Shown here: positions 40,789 to 53,819 of the stretch, one piece after another
Numbering within the stretch: position 1 is the first letter of the stretch
Layout: every line of letters begins with the position of its first letter
Assembly (NCBI GenBank): GCA_963666975.2
Contig: CAXVYR010000003.1
Coordinates: forward strand, 576,001 to 640,000
DNA length: 64,000 nucleotides
DNA from: Terriglobia bacterium
GTDB taxonomy: Bacteria > Acidobacteriota > Terriglobia > 2-12-FULL-54-10
Direction: 5' to 3'
Position numbers and translations under genes: made by a program
The notes under the pieces: model-generated
Database searches by the model: none
Told to the model about the DNA's origin: nothing
The model's input: the letters and a program-made list of their open reading frames with translations, nothing else

Positions 40789-41847
40789 CTAACGGTCGCG
40801 CGATTCCGCAGCGCTTGCCAGCGGGACAGTCTGTTCCGGCGGCGGCTCCTGTTCGCGTGATTTCGTCTCCCAGCCGGGCGGCAGGGAAGGAACGAACCCG
40901 GCGTCCTGGAGCATTTGCATATCCGCCTCGGGCACCTCGCCGCGGGTGGTCAGATAATCGCCGATGAAGATGGAGTCAGCGACATAAAGGCCCAGAGGCT
41001 GCAAGGAACGCAGATGAAACTCCCGCCCGCCCGCGATGCGGATTTCTTTGCTGGGGTTCACCAGCCGGAACAAGCACAGAATGGCCAGGCACTTCTGCGG
41101 CGTCAGGTACTCGATGCCGGCCAAAGGGGTGCCGGGAATGGGTATTAAAAAATTGACAGGAATGGAATCGATGTCCATGTCCCGCAGCGAGAAGGTCAAG
41201 TCCGCGATCTGTTCATCACTCTCTCCCATACCCACGATTCCTCCCGAGCAGGAAGAGAGACCGCCCCGCTTGACGGCATCGATGGTCTCGGTGCGGTCCT
41301 GAAAGGTGTGCGTGCTACAGACATCGTTGTAGTGATCTTCGGAGGTGTTCAAGTTATGGTTGATGCGGTCCACGCCGGCGTCCCGCAATCGTTTCACTTC
41401 CTCGTCGTTGAGCAACCCCAGGCAGCAACAGATGCGCAAAGGGTACTTCTCCTTGATCTCCCGGGCGGCTTCGGTAACCGCCTTTAATTCCTGTTCGGTC
41501 GGTCTCCGTCCGCTGATGACCATGCAGTAGGTGTGCGCCTTTACTTCCAGGGCCTGGCGCGCGCCTTCCAGCAACACCTCCCGGCTTTGGAGGGGATACC
41601 GCTCCACGCCGGCCTTGGAAACAATCGACTGCGAACAATAAGAACAATCCTCCGGGCACAAGCCGCTTTTAGCGTTGATGAGCATGTTCAGTTTGATCTT
41701 TTGGCCGTGATAATGGCGGCGCACACGGTAGCAGGCAGAGATTAGTTCCAGCAGTTCTTCTTGCGGGACGGCAAGAACCTGCAGAGCCTCTTCCCTGGAA
41801 ATTTGCTTGCCTTGCAGAACTCGTTCCGACAACTGATGCCAGAGCAT
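40789..41847 (-). CDS. bioB: biotin synthase
   Basis: CPEDCSYCSQS, NHNLNTS, CSGGIVGMGE, RIAGGRE. Confidence 0.96.
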   Translation of the reverse strand: MLWHQLSERVLQGKQISREEALQVLAVPQEELLELISACYRVRRHYHGQKIKLNMLINAKSGLCPEDCSYCSQSIVSKAGVERYPLQSREVLLEGARQALEVKAHTYCMVISGRRPTEQELKAVTEAAREIKEKYPLRICCCLGLLNDEEVKRLRDAGVDRINHNLNTSEDHYNDVCSTHTFQDRTETIDAVKRGGLSSCSGGIVGMGESDEQIADLTFSLRDMDIDSIPVNFLIPIPGTPLAGIEYLTPQKCLAILCLFRLVNPSKEIRIAGGREFHLRSLQPLGLYVADSIFIGDYLTTRGEVPEADMQMLQDAGFVPSLPPGWETKSREQEPPPEQTVPLASAAESRDR

Positions 41848-42042
41848 TCAAAACTCCTTTCCACACGCAGAAAATGACCGCCAAACAGATGATTATACAG
41901 AAGTGCGCCGCCGGGAGAAAGCTTGGCTTCGGCAAAGCCCGACTCAACGCTTAACGAAAGCTCCGCGGGGGACAGCAGGATGACTGGATGGAATTCAATT
42001 CTGCTGAAGGTGGGCTGAAAGTGGAATGCTGCCCCGTCGCCG

Positions 42043-43119
42043 TTAGTTAGGGGCGGCGCGGCCTCGTGCCACGCTTTGGACCGTGCTTTTCTCAGCGGCG
42101 GGGGGCGGCTGCGCACTGATTGTGCTCAAACCGAGGCTCTTTCTCAGCTCGGTCATCAGTTTGTCGCGCAGGTCCGTGTTGTCTCGCAGAAAAGTGCGGG
42201 CGTTTTCGCGGCCTTGCCCAATCCTCTCGCTGCCGTAGGAAAACCAGGAGCCGCTCTTCTCGATGAAACGCTTTTCCACCGCCATGTCTAAAAGGTCGCC
42301 CTCTTTGGATATCCCCTCACCATAGAGAATATCGAACTCGGCGTTGCGAAACGGGGCGGCCACTTTGTTCTTCACCACTTTGACACGGGTGCGGTTGCCC
42401 ACTACCTGCTCGCCTTCCTTGATAGCGGCGATCCGCCGGATATCAACCCGGACGGACGAGTAAAACTTCAGCGCCCGGCCTCCGGTGGTTGTTTCCGGAT
42501 TCCCGAACATGACTCCGATCTTCTCCCGAATCTGATTAATAAACAGGAGGCAGGTGTTCGACCGGGCGACAACCCCCGAGAGCTTCCGCAATGCCTGCGA
42601 CATCAAACGGGCCTGCAATCCCATATGGGAGTCACCCATCTCCCCGTCCAACTCCGCTTTGGGGACCAGCGCCGCCACTGAATCCACCACCACGATGTCG
42701 ATCGCGTTGGAGCGGACCAGGGCTTCAACGATCTCCAAGGCCTGCTCCCCGTAGTCGGGTTGCGAAACCAGCAGGTTGTCTATGTCGACTCCCAGTTTGC
42801 GTGCATAGGCGGGGTCGAGCGCGTGTTCGGCGTCGATGAAGGCGGCCATCCCTTTTTGCTTCTGCGCTTCCGCGATCACTTGCAAAGCGACCGTCGTTTT
42901 GCCGCTGGACTCCGGGCCAAAGATCTCCACCACGCGTCCTCGCGGCATGCCGCCCACGCCCAGCGCGTTGTCAAAGGAGAGAGAGCCCGTGGAGATGACG
43001 GAAACCGGAACCACATCCTTCGCTCCCAAACGGATGATGGAACCCTTGCCGAACTGCTTTTCGATTTGTGTCATCGCCAGATCAATGGCTCGCGTCCGTT
43101 CCAGCTCTTTTTCCGCCAT
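42043..43119 (-). CDS. recA: recombinase RecA
   Basis: [30 protein letters not shown]. Confidence 0.99.
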   Translation of the reverse strand: MAEKELERTRAIDLAMTQIEKQFGKGSIIRLGAKDVVPVSVISTGSLSFDNALGVGGMPRGRVVEIFGPESSGKTTVALQVIAEAQKQKGMAAFIDAEHALDPAYARKLGVDIDNLLVSQPDYGEQALEIVEALVRSNAIDIVVVDSVAALVPKAELDGEMGDSHMGLQARLMSQALRKLSGVVARSNTCLLFINQIREKIGVMFGNPETTTGGRALKFYSSVRVDIRRIAAIKEGEQVVGNRTRVKVVKNKVAAPFRNAEFDILYGEGISKEGDLLDMAVEKRFIEKSGSWFSYGSERIGQGRENARTFLRDNTDLRDKLMTELRKSLGLSTISAQPPPAAEKSTVQSVARGRAAPN

Positions 43120-43398
43120 AAAGGCATCTCCTTAAGGTAGTTTACTGTTTCCAGTGCCTAGGCATAAATCCAGTTTAGTGGGAAACTGTATTATAGTTGC
43201 TGCGGTTCTGGATTGCAGCGGAAATCTTTTGACCGAGCCTCAACCCCGGGATGGTATAACGGCTATTTTTACGAGGCGGCGAGTGGCAGGACGATCTGTC
43301 TTTAGGGAACAGGCCGTGCGCGTGGTGAAAAATGCGCCGCAACGAAAGCAGATGGACGTATAATCCTCGCAACCAGGCGTTGAAAAAGGAAATTCTGG

Positions 43399-45787
43399 AT
43401 GATTCCGACACCACGGACATTGCCGGTCGGGAAAAAAATGCCTCCGCGCAAAAGGAACAAATGGCCGCAGGCTCTTGTCCAGATCGTTGCAGTGCTGGCC
43501 TTTTTCAGCCCGTTCGTTTGCAGGGCGGAATACATCAAGGCCGTGAACTACTTCGGCAAGTCTTGGCCGGTGGCATTCTGGAATTCCGACCTTTCGGAAG
43601 TTTCGGCGGATTTGCAGGACATTCGACGCGACGGCTTCAACTCCATCATTCTGATTGTTCCTTGGGGAGAGTTTCAGCCGGGTCTCGATCCCATACACTT
43701 CAATGACGATGCCTACCATCGCCTTACGTCGGTATGTAACCAAGCCCACTCGGCCGGGTTCAAGGTGTTCCTGCGGGTCTCCTACACTTGGGATTTCTAC
43801 CCAAGCGTACAGCAACCCAACACTGACCGTACCAATGGACTGATCAGCGGCGCCTCTCTGATCCCTGCTTGGGACCAGTACTTGGCGAAGATCAACGCGG
43901 CAACACGAAGATGCAGCGAGGGCGCATTCATTTCCTGGGAAGACTTCTGGGATGCTATCGCGAAATCAGAAAACCTCAAGACCCCAGAAGAAAGAGCCGC
44001 ATACTCAAAGCAGATGGGTTATGCCGCGTGGATCGATCAACACGCGGACAACACCTATAAGGCCCGCTATGCAGCGGACCTCAGAAAATTTGGCGTTTAT
44101 CCCATTCCCAACCGGGACAACCCGGACTACGAAATGGTCTTCCAGTATTTTGACGACCAAATGATGAATAAGCTCTTGCCCGTGCTCGCGAAGAATTTCC
44201 GGCAAGCGAGCGTGGAGGCCCGCATCGACAGCGATCCGATCTATAACGGAAAAGAGCTGTTGAAGTGGCACGCCCACCCGCAGCACTACTCGGTGACGTC
44301 TTCGGATTTTCTGATGACCTATTGGGCGCCCGGGATGGACGCTGTGAATCAGGGTGAGAAGGATTCTTCGGAAAAAGTGATCGATCGCTTCAATACCCTG
44401 CACAGGAGTCTCCTCGCGCAGATACCCAAGCAGTTATTCATCGGACAGTGGCTGTTCAAGGACAATACCCCGGGCTTTCACTTCAACGCTCAGGTAAATC
44501 CGCCCGAGCTTAGCCGGTTTATTCGGGATTCCGCCCGGCCTCTGGCGCAATTCACTGCCGGCTATGCGCTTTGGAACTGGCGGGATTACAGGCGGAGCTA
44601 CCTCTTCAACGGCTTCTTCTCCCTAGGAAAACTCGGCTGGGATTTTTCCCCCGGCTCCAGTATCCAAACGTTCCCCGATGGCGCCTACGCGCAGCTTCCG
44701 CAGGGCCAATCCATTCACCAGGACATTCAGCGCATGCACGATCGTCACAAACGCAAAACGGTCAGGTTGCGGTTCACCGCACGAGGGAATGGGCGGGTTC
44801 GGGTCGATATCGGTTCGGCGTCACAGGAAGTCAATATCCAGGCCGCTCCGGGCGCCCGGGCGGTCGTCACGCTGCAATTTCCTACGCCGAGCCCTTCGGA
44901 ACCAACCTTGGCATCACCGCCTTGTCGGGAAGCATCCAACTCAAGGATCTCTATCTGTGGAGTTTCGAGCAGGTATCCAACGTCAGGTCGTTCGATAACT
45001 CTCCTAGCGACCACTATTACGATATTGTCGCGCTAAACCGGAAATTGGACGATCCGAAAACCTTGCTGTCGTCCGTCAGTGCGTCCAACGCCACCATCAA
45101 CTATCTCGCGGGAGCCGGACGTCCCGAGTCCGACGGTACACGGAAATTTGCGTGGGTTGGTCCGTATGCGAAGGTGAGGCTGAATGCAACGGCGCCAACG
45201 ATCGCGATCAATGGGTATATAGACATCGACATGTTCCGGAAGGCCAAACTGTTCCCTGCCGGATGCACGCTTGCGGCTTCGATCAATGGAAAGACGGTTG
45301 CGCAGAGGCTGTTCACCGCGAATCAACCCATCGCCATGAACGTCAATATCCCTCCTGAATCTCGGGGTGTTGTGACATTGTCCAGGTAAATCACCAGAAT
45401 CTCGACCTCCTCCCAGCACTCGCGCCAACAGTTCTTCCAGCCGCCGCGCTCCTTGCTCGGCCAACTTCCCCTGAAAAACAACTGCTCGATGAATCCCAAG
45501 GCAATGGGGCTTGGGGAGGATGGCCGAACGCTGAGTTACATAATCAATGACATCCAAGGCGAAAGCAGCGCCGAGGAAAACTAGAAGCCTGTGATTATTT
45601 CCCCCGCGAAGCCACTTGCAACCGGCTCAGGGCTTTGTGGAGCGCTACCGTGGTGCGGGTCATGTCATTGGAACTGAAAAACAACTGCTCGATGAATCCC
45701 AAGGCAATGGGGCTTGGGGAGGATGGCCGAACGCTGAGTTACATAATCAATGACATCCAAGGCGAAAGCAGCGCCGAGGAAAACTAG
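43399..45787 (+). pseudogene. secreted glycoside-hydrolase-like protein, broken by a frameshift near 44890 and an insertion at about 45380-45670
   Basis: Signal peptide and a TIM-barrel-like DLQDIRRDGFNSIILIVPWGEFQP segment; the frame continues in ORF 44571-45389; a plausible C-terminus LKNNCSMNPKAMGLGEDGRTLSY..* lies at 45674-45787. Confidence 0.6.
45380..45470 (-). mobile_element. internal fragment of the resident IS256 transposase gene
   Basis: Near-identical to 60126-60213 (TCCAGGTAAATCACCAGAATCTCGACC...) with a few mismatches/indels. Confidence 0.85.
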
Positions 45788-45869
45788 AAGCCTGTGATTA
45801 TTTCCCCCGCGAAGCCACTTGCAACCGGCTCAGGGCTTTGTGGAGCGCTACCGTGGTGCGGTTCATGTC
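45471..45869. repeat. 196-bp near-perfect direct duplication (45471-45666 and 45674-45869)
   Basis: Both copies run CTGAAAAACAACTGCTCG...CATGTC and include the 3' end of atpC. Confidence 0.92.
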
Positions 45870-46205
45870 GGTGTCCGGGTCCGGGTTGCTCAAGCGCCGC
45901 TCCGCCCGTTCCTTGGAGGCCTGAGCACGGGAGACATCGATATCGGAGGACTTTTCAGCGGTCTCCGCCAGAACCGTCACCTGCTCCGGCAGAACTTCCA
46001 CGAAACCCCAGCTCACCGCCAGACGGCGCAGTTCCCTGCCCTGGCGGTAAGTAATCTCACCAATCTTCAATTCGGAGAGCAGCGGCGCATGGCCGGCCAG
46101 GATGCCCAGATATCCTTCCTTGCCGGGCACCTGCATCTCTTCGGTTTCTTCCCGGACGACCTGCTGGGTAGGAGTAACAATTCGGAGGTGGAATGTTTGA
46201 GCCAT
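45798..46205 (-). CDS. atpC: F1 ATP synthase epsilon subunit
   Basis: LRIVTP, GYLGILAGHAPLLS, GFVEV..VTVLAETAE; ATG at 46205. Confidence 0.95.
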   Translation of the reverse strand: MAQTFHLRIVTPTQQVVREETEEMQVPGKEGYLGILAGHAPLLSELKIGEITYRQGRELRRLAVSWGFVEVLPEQVTVLAETAEKSSDIDVSRAQASKERAERRLSNPDPDTDMNRTTVALHKALSRLQVASRGK

Positions 46206-46227
46206 AATGCGCGCCGGCAGCCGGCCG

Positions 46228-47718
<1,491 letters not shown>

Positions 47719-47968
47719 TTAGAATTGCCGGGCGAGGATTGCCTGGCGGTCGAGGTGTCCGGTCGTCTTTGCCTTGTTCATCGCCCTGTTTATCAGGTTC
47801 ATCAGAAAACATTTTAGACCTTGTGCCGATGACGCCTCTGTGCCATCAGAGGAATCCGCAGACGAGCCCGCACCGGCGCTTGGCCCTAAAATTCGTAGCG
47901 CAATAGAATACATGGAGCGGCTTCTGTTTGTAAAGGACCGGTCGATGGGTAGTAGCGCTACAGTTTGA

Positions 47969-48220
47969 CGTCAGGGCACGACTTCAGTCGTGCCGTTCTC
48001 GTAGCAGCGTATGAGTCCTTCCGCACTGCCGTAGGCTCAAGCGGAGGCGACGCCGCAGCTCCACTGGAACGTGGCGCTAAGAGAGCGGAGGAATGTGGAA
48101 TCACGCCGCCTCAATCTTTTGATCCTGTCGCTGCGCGTGCTGCTCCGCTCCGGCCTGCGGCAGCGAGGTACAAATCATTCAAATGTCGTTTTTCGGCACG
48201 GTTAAAACCGTGCCCTGACG
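47969..48220. repeat. long nested inverted repeat with family-A REP arms
   Basis: CGTCAGGGCACGACTTCAGTCGTGCCG (47969-47995) and CGGCACGGTTAAAACCGTGCCCTGACG (48194-48220) enclose inner CTGCCGTAGGC / GCCTGCGGCAG arms. Confidence 0.75.
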
Positions 48221-48377
48221 CTAAACATGGAGGATTAGGCAAGGCCCCCGCTCGGTCTAAGAAGCCCGGCCTAAAAAGATGGAGGCAACATGCAGGATAG
48301 ATCATAACTATTGAGGTTTACATAATATAGTGACACTTAGATTCGCTGGGCGGCCTTCTATAGGGCTTTTGTAGCCT

Positions 48378-48692
48378 GTGGAAATGTCACTATATTATGA
48401 AATGTTCAATAAGTGGCGGAATCGACATTTGGCTTTACCAGAGAAAAGGGAAGCCATTCGGGAACTTGCAGACGTGTTCGAGTGGCTCAAGAAGACCAAA
48501 GGTTTGACCGCTGTGTTAGACGGGAAAGACGAAGCAGCAATTTTCGACCTCGCCAACAACTTTGCTATTCGCCACCACAATCCGAAGCAGAAAACGAATT
48601 ACGATCCAGTCATCTGGTATTCATGGATCTTTCACTTTTACTTAGCGACATATCACGCAGCAATTCGCCTACTGCTCAGGAAAGCGGGGTAG
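48378..48692 (+). pseudogene. C-terminal fragment of an AbiJ-like/HEPN-related protein
   Basis: AIRELADVFEWL...IFDLANNFAIRHHN...WIFHFYLAT resembles C-termini of Abi-like proteins (recollection); short and AT-rich. Confidence 0.5.
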
Positions 48693-48803
48693 CCACGGTG
48701 AGTGTTTTTCCCTCAGCTTCGCTCGGGACAAGCCTCGCCGCGGTCTTTTCAGCGGCGTTTGCAAACCCACGGCAAATTGAAACTGTGAATTTGCCGTGGC
48801 TAC
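48689..48803. repeat. GTAG-type REP doublet, same family as 24601-24682
   Basis: GTAGCCACGGTGAG...CTCGCCGCGG then CCCACGGCAAATT..AATTTGCCGTGGCTAC. Confidence 0.7.
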
Positions 48804-48965
48804 CCATGCCCCACTACTTTTCGGTTGGTGCATAGACAGAGCCGCGCGCGGTGTCGGCAAGTTAATGCTTCCCCGTTCTGCCCTCCCCGACAGGGTATGT
48901 TTCCGAGCTGCTAAATTGGGATATTATCGTATGGTCCGTCGGGGGCGGTTGGATTCACAATTTTC

Positions 48966-50414
48966 GAGGGTGTCCCATACATAGTTGAAGGTTGAACGGC
49001 GGTTCGGCCCGAATCGAATAGAATCGGGCCAAGCCTAAATCCTATAGAAGGAGAACCGCCGAATGAAGGGAAAATATCACGTTTTGGAACTGGGTTCCAA
49101 GGGAGCCGAAGAAACCATCCAGAAGTTTTGCCAAACCAACGGACAGATGCTGTTGCCGGTGGTGGATCTGATCACGGAGGCGCGTCTGGCGTTGGATGAG
49201 GTGATTGATCGGGCCGGGCGAGGTTTGATTGAAACGATTCTGAGCATGAGCGCAGAGCAAATCGCGGGGCCAAAGAGTCCCGGGAAGGCGAGCGGAGAGG
49301 TGCGCTGGCATGGCCGGCAATTGGGGAGGGTGAAACTGGCCGATCGCCAGCTGCGGGTGGAGCGGCCCCGGCTGCGCCGGAAGGGCGGAGGGGAAGAAGC
49401 GGTGCCGGCCTACGAAGCGCTGCGGAAAAGCGAGAAGACGGGCGAGGAGATGTTCGAGGCACTGTTGAAAGGGGTTTCGACGCGGAACTACCGCGAGGTG
49501 ATCCCGGAGATGGCCAACAGCGCTGGGGTGTCGAAGTCTCAGGTGAGCCGGGAAGCGGCCGAGCAAGGAGCGCGGCGGCTGGAAGAACTGTTGGCGCGGC
49601 GCTGGGAGGAGGTCGAGATTCTGGTGATTTACCTGGACGGAATGCGGTTCGGCTCCCACCACGTCATCAGCGCCGTGGGCGTGGACAGCGAGGGCCGCAA
49701 GCATGTGCTGGGGATTCAACTGGGCGCGACCGAAAACGCCGCTGCGGTGAAAGACCTTCTCACCCGCCTGCGCCAGCAAGGTCTGCGCACGGATCAGCGC
49801 TATCTGTTTGTGATCGACGGCGCCAAAGCGCTCCGCGCGGGGATCGAGGAAGTATTCGGCAGCAATCAGCTGGTGCAGCGTTGCCGTACTCATAAGCTGC
49901 GCAACGTGGCTGAGCGGTTACCAAAGGGCGACAAAATGCTGGCGAATCAGGTGCGGTCGCTGATGCGCGCCGCCTGGCGATTGCCCCAAGCCGAGGAAGG
50001 CATCGTGCGCATAAAGAAGCTCGCTGGGATGATCGAGTGCGATCATCCGGCAGCAGCCGCCAGCTTGCGCGAAGGGTTGGAGGAGACCTTTACGATCAAT
50101 CGAGCCGACGTTCCTCCCAGCCTCCACCGCTGCCTGGCAACCACGAACCTCATCGAGAGCCCGCAGTCGGGCGTGCGGAAAAAGACTGGCAATGTTTGCC
50201 GCTGGCGCGACGGCGAGATGACGTTGCGCTGGGTGGCAGGAGCGTTTCTGCTGACCGAGAAGAATTTCCGGAAGATCATGGGTTATCACGATCTCTGGGC
50301 TTTGGCATCGATTCTCGGCCGAAGTCCAAACGCTGCTTCCTCTCACAAGGAGAAAGTGGCGTAATATGAACTCAACCCGCCGTCCCAACCTGCAACTGAG
50401 TTTGGGACACCTTC
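48966..50414 (+). mobile_element. IS256-family element, copy 1 (complete)
   Basis: IRs GAGGGTGTCCCATAC / GAAGGTGTCCCAAAC; 8-bp target duplication CAATTTTC at 48958-48965 and 50415-50422. Confidence 0.95.
49063..50364 (+). CDS. IS256-family transposase
   Basis: GVSTRNY, IYLDG, VIDGAKAL, QRCRTHKLRN, TTNLIES. Confidence 0.96.
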   Translation: MKGKYHVLELGSKGAEETIQKFCQTNGQMLLPVVDLITEARLALDEVIDRAGRGLIETILSMSAEQIAGPKSPGKASGEVRWHGRQLGRVKLADRQLRVERPRLRRKGGGEEAVPAYEALRKSEKTGEEMFEALLKGVSTRNYREVIPEMANSAGVSKSQVSREAAEQGARRLEELLARRWEEVEILVIYLDGMRFGSHHVISAVGVDSEGRKHVLGIQLGATENAAAVKDLLTRLRQQGLRTDQRYLFVIDGAKALRAGIEEVFGSNQLVQRCRTHKLRNVAERLPKGDKMLANQVRSLMRAAWRLPQAEEGIVRIKKLAGMIECDHPAAAASLREGLEETFTINRADVPPSLHRCLATTNLIESPQSGVRKKTGNVCRWRDGEMTLRWVAGAFLLTEKNFRKIMGYHDLWALASILGRSPNAASSHKEKVA

Positions 50415-50435
50415 CAATTTTCCGAAGGGCAAAAC

Positions 50436-51226
50436 ATGCAACGCAGGGGGATAATCAAACTCTTTGCAGCCGCAGCGGCGAGCCTCTGGACTAACCACCA
50501 GCTTCCCGCCAGTGCTTTCCTGCAAGCGGCAGTCCATGCCAGCGGCGCGCGGAAAGCGTCTGTTCGCCTTCTTCCTGTATCAATTGCCTCGGTATCACAA
50601 GATAACCCTCTGACCGAACCGCTGCTTCCTCTTTTCCCATTGTCGCTGGTCCTGTTTCCCCGCACGAATCTCCTGCTGCACATCTTTGAGGAGCGCTACA
50701 AGGAGATGATTCAGGACTGCCTGCGAAACCAATGGGAGTTTGGAGTGCTGCTGGTTCAGAATAGATCGTTTGAGAAAATCGGCTGCACCGCCTCCATATC
50801 GGAAGTGATCAACAAATACCCGGATGGCCGGATGGACATACTGGTTCGGGGACAGCGGCGTTTTGAAATCTTGATGCTGGACCAGGAGAAGTCTTATCTG
50901 CGCGGGAAGCCGCAATTCTTTGAGGATGAAGAAAGCGAGCCTCCCGGCGAGGAGTCCCGGCAGCAGGCCATCCATCTCTATGGCCGCCTGAGGGAATTGC
51001 TCAAATCAGAAGATCGGTCACGGAAGGAACCGCCGCCCACATTCACCGATCACCAACTTTCCTTTCAGCTTATGGCCAGTTGCCATTGGACCTGGGCGGG
51101 AAGCAACGTTTATTGGAACTTCGCTCGGAGCGCGAACGTCGGGACCGCGTGATTCGTTATATGCAGCAGTTGATCGATTTTTTGGAGCGTGCGCCCGGCC
51201 AGCGCGACCCAGCAGGCATGGCTTAG
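50436..51226 (+). CDS. Lon peptidase N-terminal substrate-binding-domain protein (frameshift near 51077)
   Basis: [39 protein letters not shown]; the alternative frame continues [20 protein letters not shown] to TAG 51226. Confidence 0.8.
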
Positions 51227-51350
51227 CAGGTTGTTGCGAAACTGGCGCACGGTCCGCTTCACTGGCCGGATGTGGCCGGATCGTGCCAGATCGTGCCAAA
51301 TCATGTATTATGCGCCTATTGAAAAACGTCGAAAAAGAAATAAGGAAAAC

Positions 51351-51818
51351 ATGAGCGCACAAAAATTCATCCCTATGTTAGTCATCATCATCGTGGTTGT
51401 TATCATCGCAGCTTTCGCGGTGACGCGCGGGCGCGCCCAAAGCGACAATTCCAGCCCCACGAAAGTGGAGGGAAAGCCAACCACAACCGATTCCGGCCTG
51501 CAATACTGGGAGATCAAGGCCGGAACAGGCGACACAGCGGTGGCGGGAAACCGGGTGAGAGTCCATTACACCGGCTGGCTGGCAGACGGCAAGAAATTCG
51601 ACAGCTCGGTAGATCGGGGACAACCGTTCGCGTTTTCGCTGGGAGCCGGAGAGGTGATTCCGGGCTGGGATCAAGGCGTGGCTGGTATGAAGGTGGGCGG
51701 CAAGCGGCAATTGCGAATTCCTCCCGAACTGGGCTATGGGGCTCGGGGAGCCGGAGGCGGCTTGATCCCGCCCAATGCGACATTGATTTTCGATGTGGAG
51801 TTGCTCGGCATCAGCTAA
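51351..51818 (+). CDS. FKBP-type peptidyl-prolyl isomerase
   Basis: [42 protein letters not shown]; N-terminal signal/anchor. Confidence 0.95.
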   Translation: MSAQKFIPMLVIIIVVVIIAAFAVTRGRAQSDNSSPTKVEGKPTTTDSGLQYWEIKAGTGDTAVAGNRVRVHYTGWLADGKKFDSSVDRGQPFAFSLGAGEVIPGWDQGVAGMKVGGKRQLRIPPELGYGARGAGGGLIPPNATLIFDVELLGIS

Positions 51819-51972
51819 TGGCCTTCGCGGAAAGTTTTGGGAGCAAAGGAAGAATCGTCCGAACTGGTATACTGGAAATTCGCAAGAAGAAAAAAGCGGG
51901 CTCGCCAGTGAAAATTGGGTAAGCCTTTGGCTGCGCCTTAACTTTGGACTACGTGAAAACCTAGAGGTGAAT

Positions 51973-53040
51973 ATGGCTACTCCCCTGCAATCGCTCATTG
52001 AATCGGGAACTAAACTGTGGCTGGACTCAATCGACCCCGATCTGGTTCAGATCAACCGCGCGCTCGGAGCGACGGGCGCCACCTCGAACCCCATCATTAT
52101 TTCCGACCTGATCCAAAGCGGGCGTTTCGACCAGCAGATCAAGGAGTTCATGGAGAAAGGCGCCAGCGACGAGGAGATTGCATGGCGGCTGACCGACCTT
52201 TTGGTTTGCCAGGCGCAGGATGTCTTCCGGCCTGTCCATGAATCCACACGCGGCGATGACGGCTACGTCAGCTTTGAGCTCGATCCGTTGCTGGAGGACC
52301 CCGGCATCAACATGCCCCACGCCGAGCGGGTCAGCCGCTACATCGCTTTGGGGAAACAGTGGAGCCAGGGGCACAGCAATCGAATGATTAAAGTCCCGGC
52401 CACCCCGGCAGGGCTGGATTCGGTGGAAGAGATGGTAGCCGCCGGCATCACGCTGAATGTGACATTGATCTTCACTCCCTCTCAATATCGCCAAGCGCGC
52501 GAGGCGGTGTGGAGGGGAGCGCAGAGACGCGCAACGCTCGATGGGTTCAAATCGGTCTACAGCATCTTTGTCAGCCGCGTGGATGTATACACGGCCAAGC
52601 ACGTCCCGGAACTTTCCGCGCCGGCCCAGGGCACCGTTGGAATCGCCATTGCCAAGCGAGTATGGAAAGAAAATACGGAGTTTTGGGCAAGCCGGAAGCT
52701 CCCGCTGAAACAGGAAATGATCTTTGCCAGCACGGGCACCAAGGACCCGAAAGACGACCCCGGCAAATATGTGGAGGCTTTTGCAGGCTCCGACATCGAG
52801 ACGAACCCTCCGGCAACCAACGAGGCGGTCCAGGCCAGCGGCAAGTCCATAGTCCGCGCGGTGGATCAAATGCCGCCGGCCGAGGTGCTGGCGGAGATCG
52901 ACCGTCTTGTGGACATGAAGAAGCTCGAAGAGACACTGATGCGCGAGGGAGTTAAGAAATTTGCCGAGCCGCAAAAAGCGCTCATAGCTTTGATTGCCGG
53001 GAAGCGGACAATGCTGAAACCCATTGCCGCCGACCGGTAA
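51973..53040 (+). CDS. tal: transaldolase
   Basis: [38 protein letters not shown]; GAGG RBS before ATG 51973. Confidence 0.9.
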   Translation: MATPLQSLIESGTKLWLDSIDPDLVQINRALGATGATSNPIIISDLIQSGRFDQQIKEFMEKGASDEEIAWRLTDLLVCQAQDVFRPVHESTRGDDGYVSFELDPLLEDPGINMPHAERVSRYIALGKQWSQGHSNRMIKVPATPAGLDSVEEMVAAGITLNVTLIFTPSQYRQAREAVWRGAQRRATLDGFKSVYSIFVSRVDVYTAKHVPELSAPAQGTVGIAIAKRVWKENTEFWASRKLPLKQEMIFASTGTKDPKDDPGKYVEAFAGSDIETNPPATNEAVQASGKSIVRAVDQMPPAEVLAEIDRLVDMKKLEETLMREGVKKFAEPQKALIALIAGKRTMLKPIAADR

Positions 53041-53135
53041 GGGACGCGAGCCTCGCTTCCCTGCCTCATCCTCGCGATTCTTGATTATTCTCCAGTCGGC
53101 TCCCGCGACCTCATACAGGAAAAAGGAGTATTGGA

Positions 53136-53819
53136 TTGAGTTTTTGGGGAGCCGCGATCGCTATTTTCAAAAAAGACCTCGTCTCCGAGTTGCGGACCAA
53201 GGAAGTCTTCAACGCCTCGGTTGTTTTTTCGCTGCTGGTCATTGTCATCTTCAGCATGGCGTTTGAGCCGAGCCGGTCACAGGCTCAGGGGCTTGCGGGC
53301 GGCCTGTTGTGGATTGCCTTCACTTTTTCAGCAGTGCTGGCCCTCGGCCGGACATTCGCGCGTGAAATGCCCAACGATTGTCTGTTGGGACTCCAAATGG
53401 CCCCCGTATCGCCCGCGGCGATCTACACGGGAAAACTGATCAGCAACATAGTTTTTCTCGGCTTGCTGGAACTGATCCTTCTGCCGCTATTCGCCCTTTT
53501 CTACAATTTAAGTTCTCGGATGTGGGAAACAGCGCCCTCTCTTCTGTGGATTGTGTTCTTGGGAAGCTGGGGGCTGGCGGCGGTCGGAACCACCTTCGCC
53601 GCCATCGCTTCCAGCGTGCGCCTGCGCGAGCTGATGCTGCCCGTGCTGCTGTTTCCTGTTGAAATTCCGCTGATCCTTGCGCTGGTGGAATCGACTACAG
53701 CCGTGATCCAGGGAGATTCGATTGTCGAGCCCCGGCTTTGGCTGAGAATCTGCCTTGGATTTGACGTGATATTCACTGTTATTTCCTTGTATTTATTTGA
53801 GTATGTATTGGAGGATTAG
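53136..53819 (+). CDS. ccmB: heme exporter permease CcmB
   Basis: KKDLVSELRTKE, RTFARE, RELMLPVLLFP. Confidence 0.88.
   Translation: MSFWGAAIAIFKKDLVSELRTKEVFNASVVFSLLVIVIFSMAFEPSRSQAQGLAGGLLWIAFTFSAVLALGRTFAREMPNDCLLGLQMAPVSPAAIYTGKLISNIVFLGLLELILLPLFALFYNLSSRMWETAPSLLWIVFLGSWGLAAVGTTFAAIASSVRLRELMLPVLLFPVEIPLILALVESTTAVIQGDSIVEPRLWLRICLGFDVIFTVISLYLFEYVLED

Noticed and set aside
41850-42040. Riboswitch or BirA operator upstream of bioB
   Set aside because: Short hairpins and a TATAAT are present, but no recognisable aptamer or operator consensus.
43120-43260. LexA box upstream of recA
   Set aside because: Neither GTTC-N7-GTTC nor CTGT-N8-ACAG was found by eye.
44880-44900. Programmed frameshift in the glycosidase-like gene
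   Set aside because: No slippery heptamer; a missing base in a short C run is better explained by sequencing error or decay.
47719-47913. Small ORF upstream of atpD as an atpG remnant
   Set aside because: No AtpG C-terminal RQAxIT motif in the frames read; coding status unsupported.
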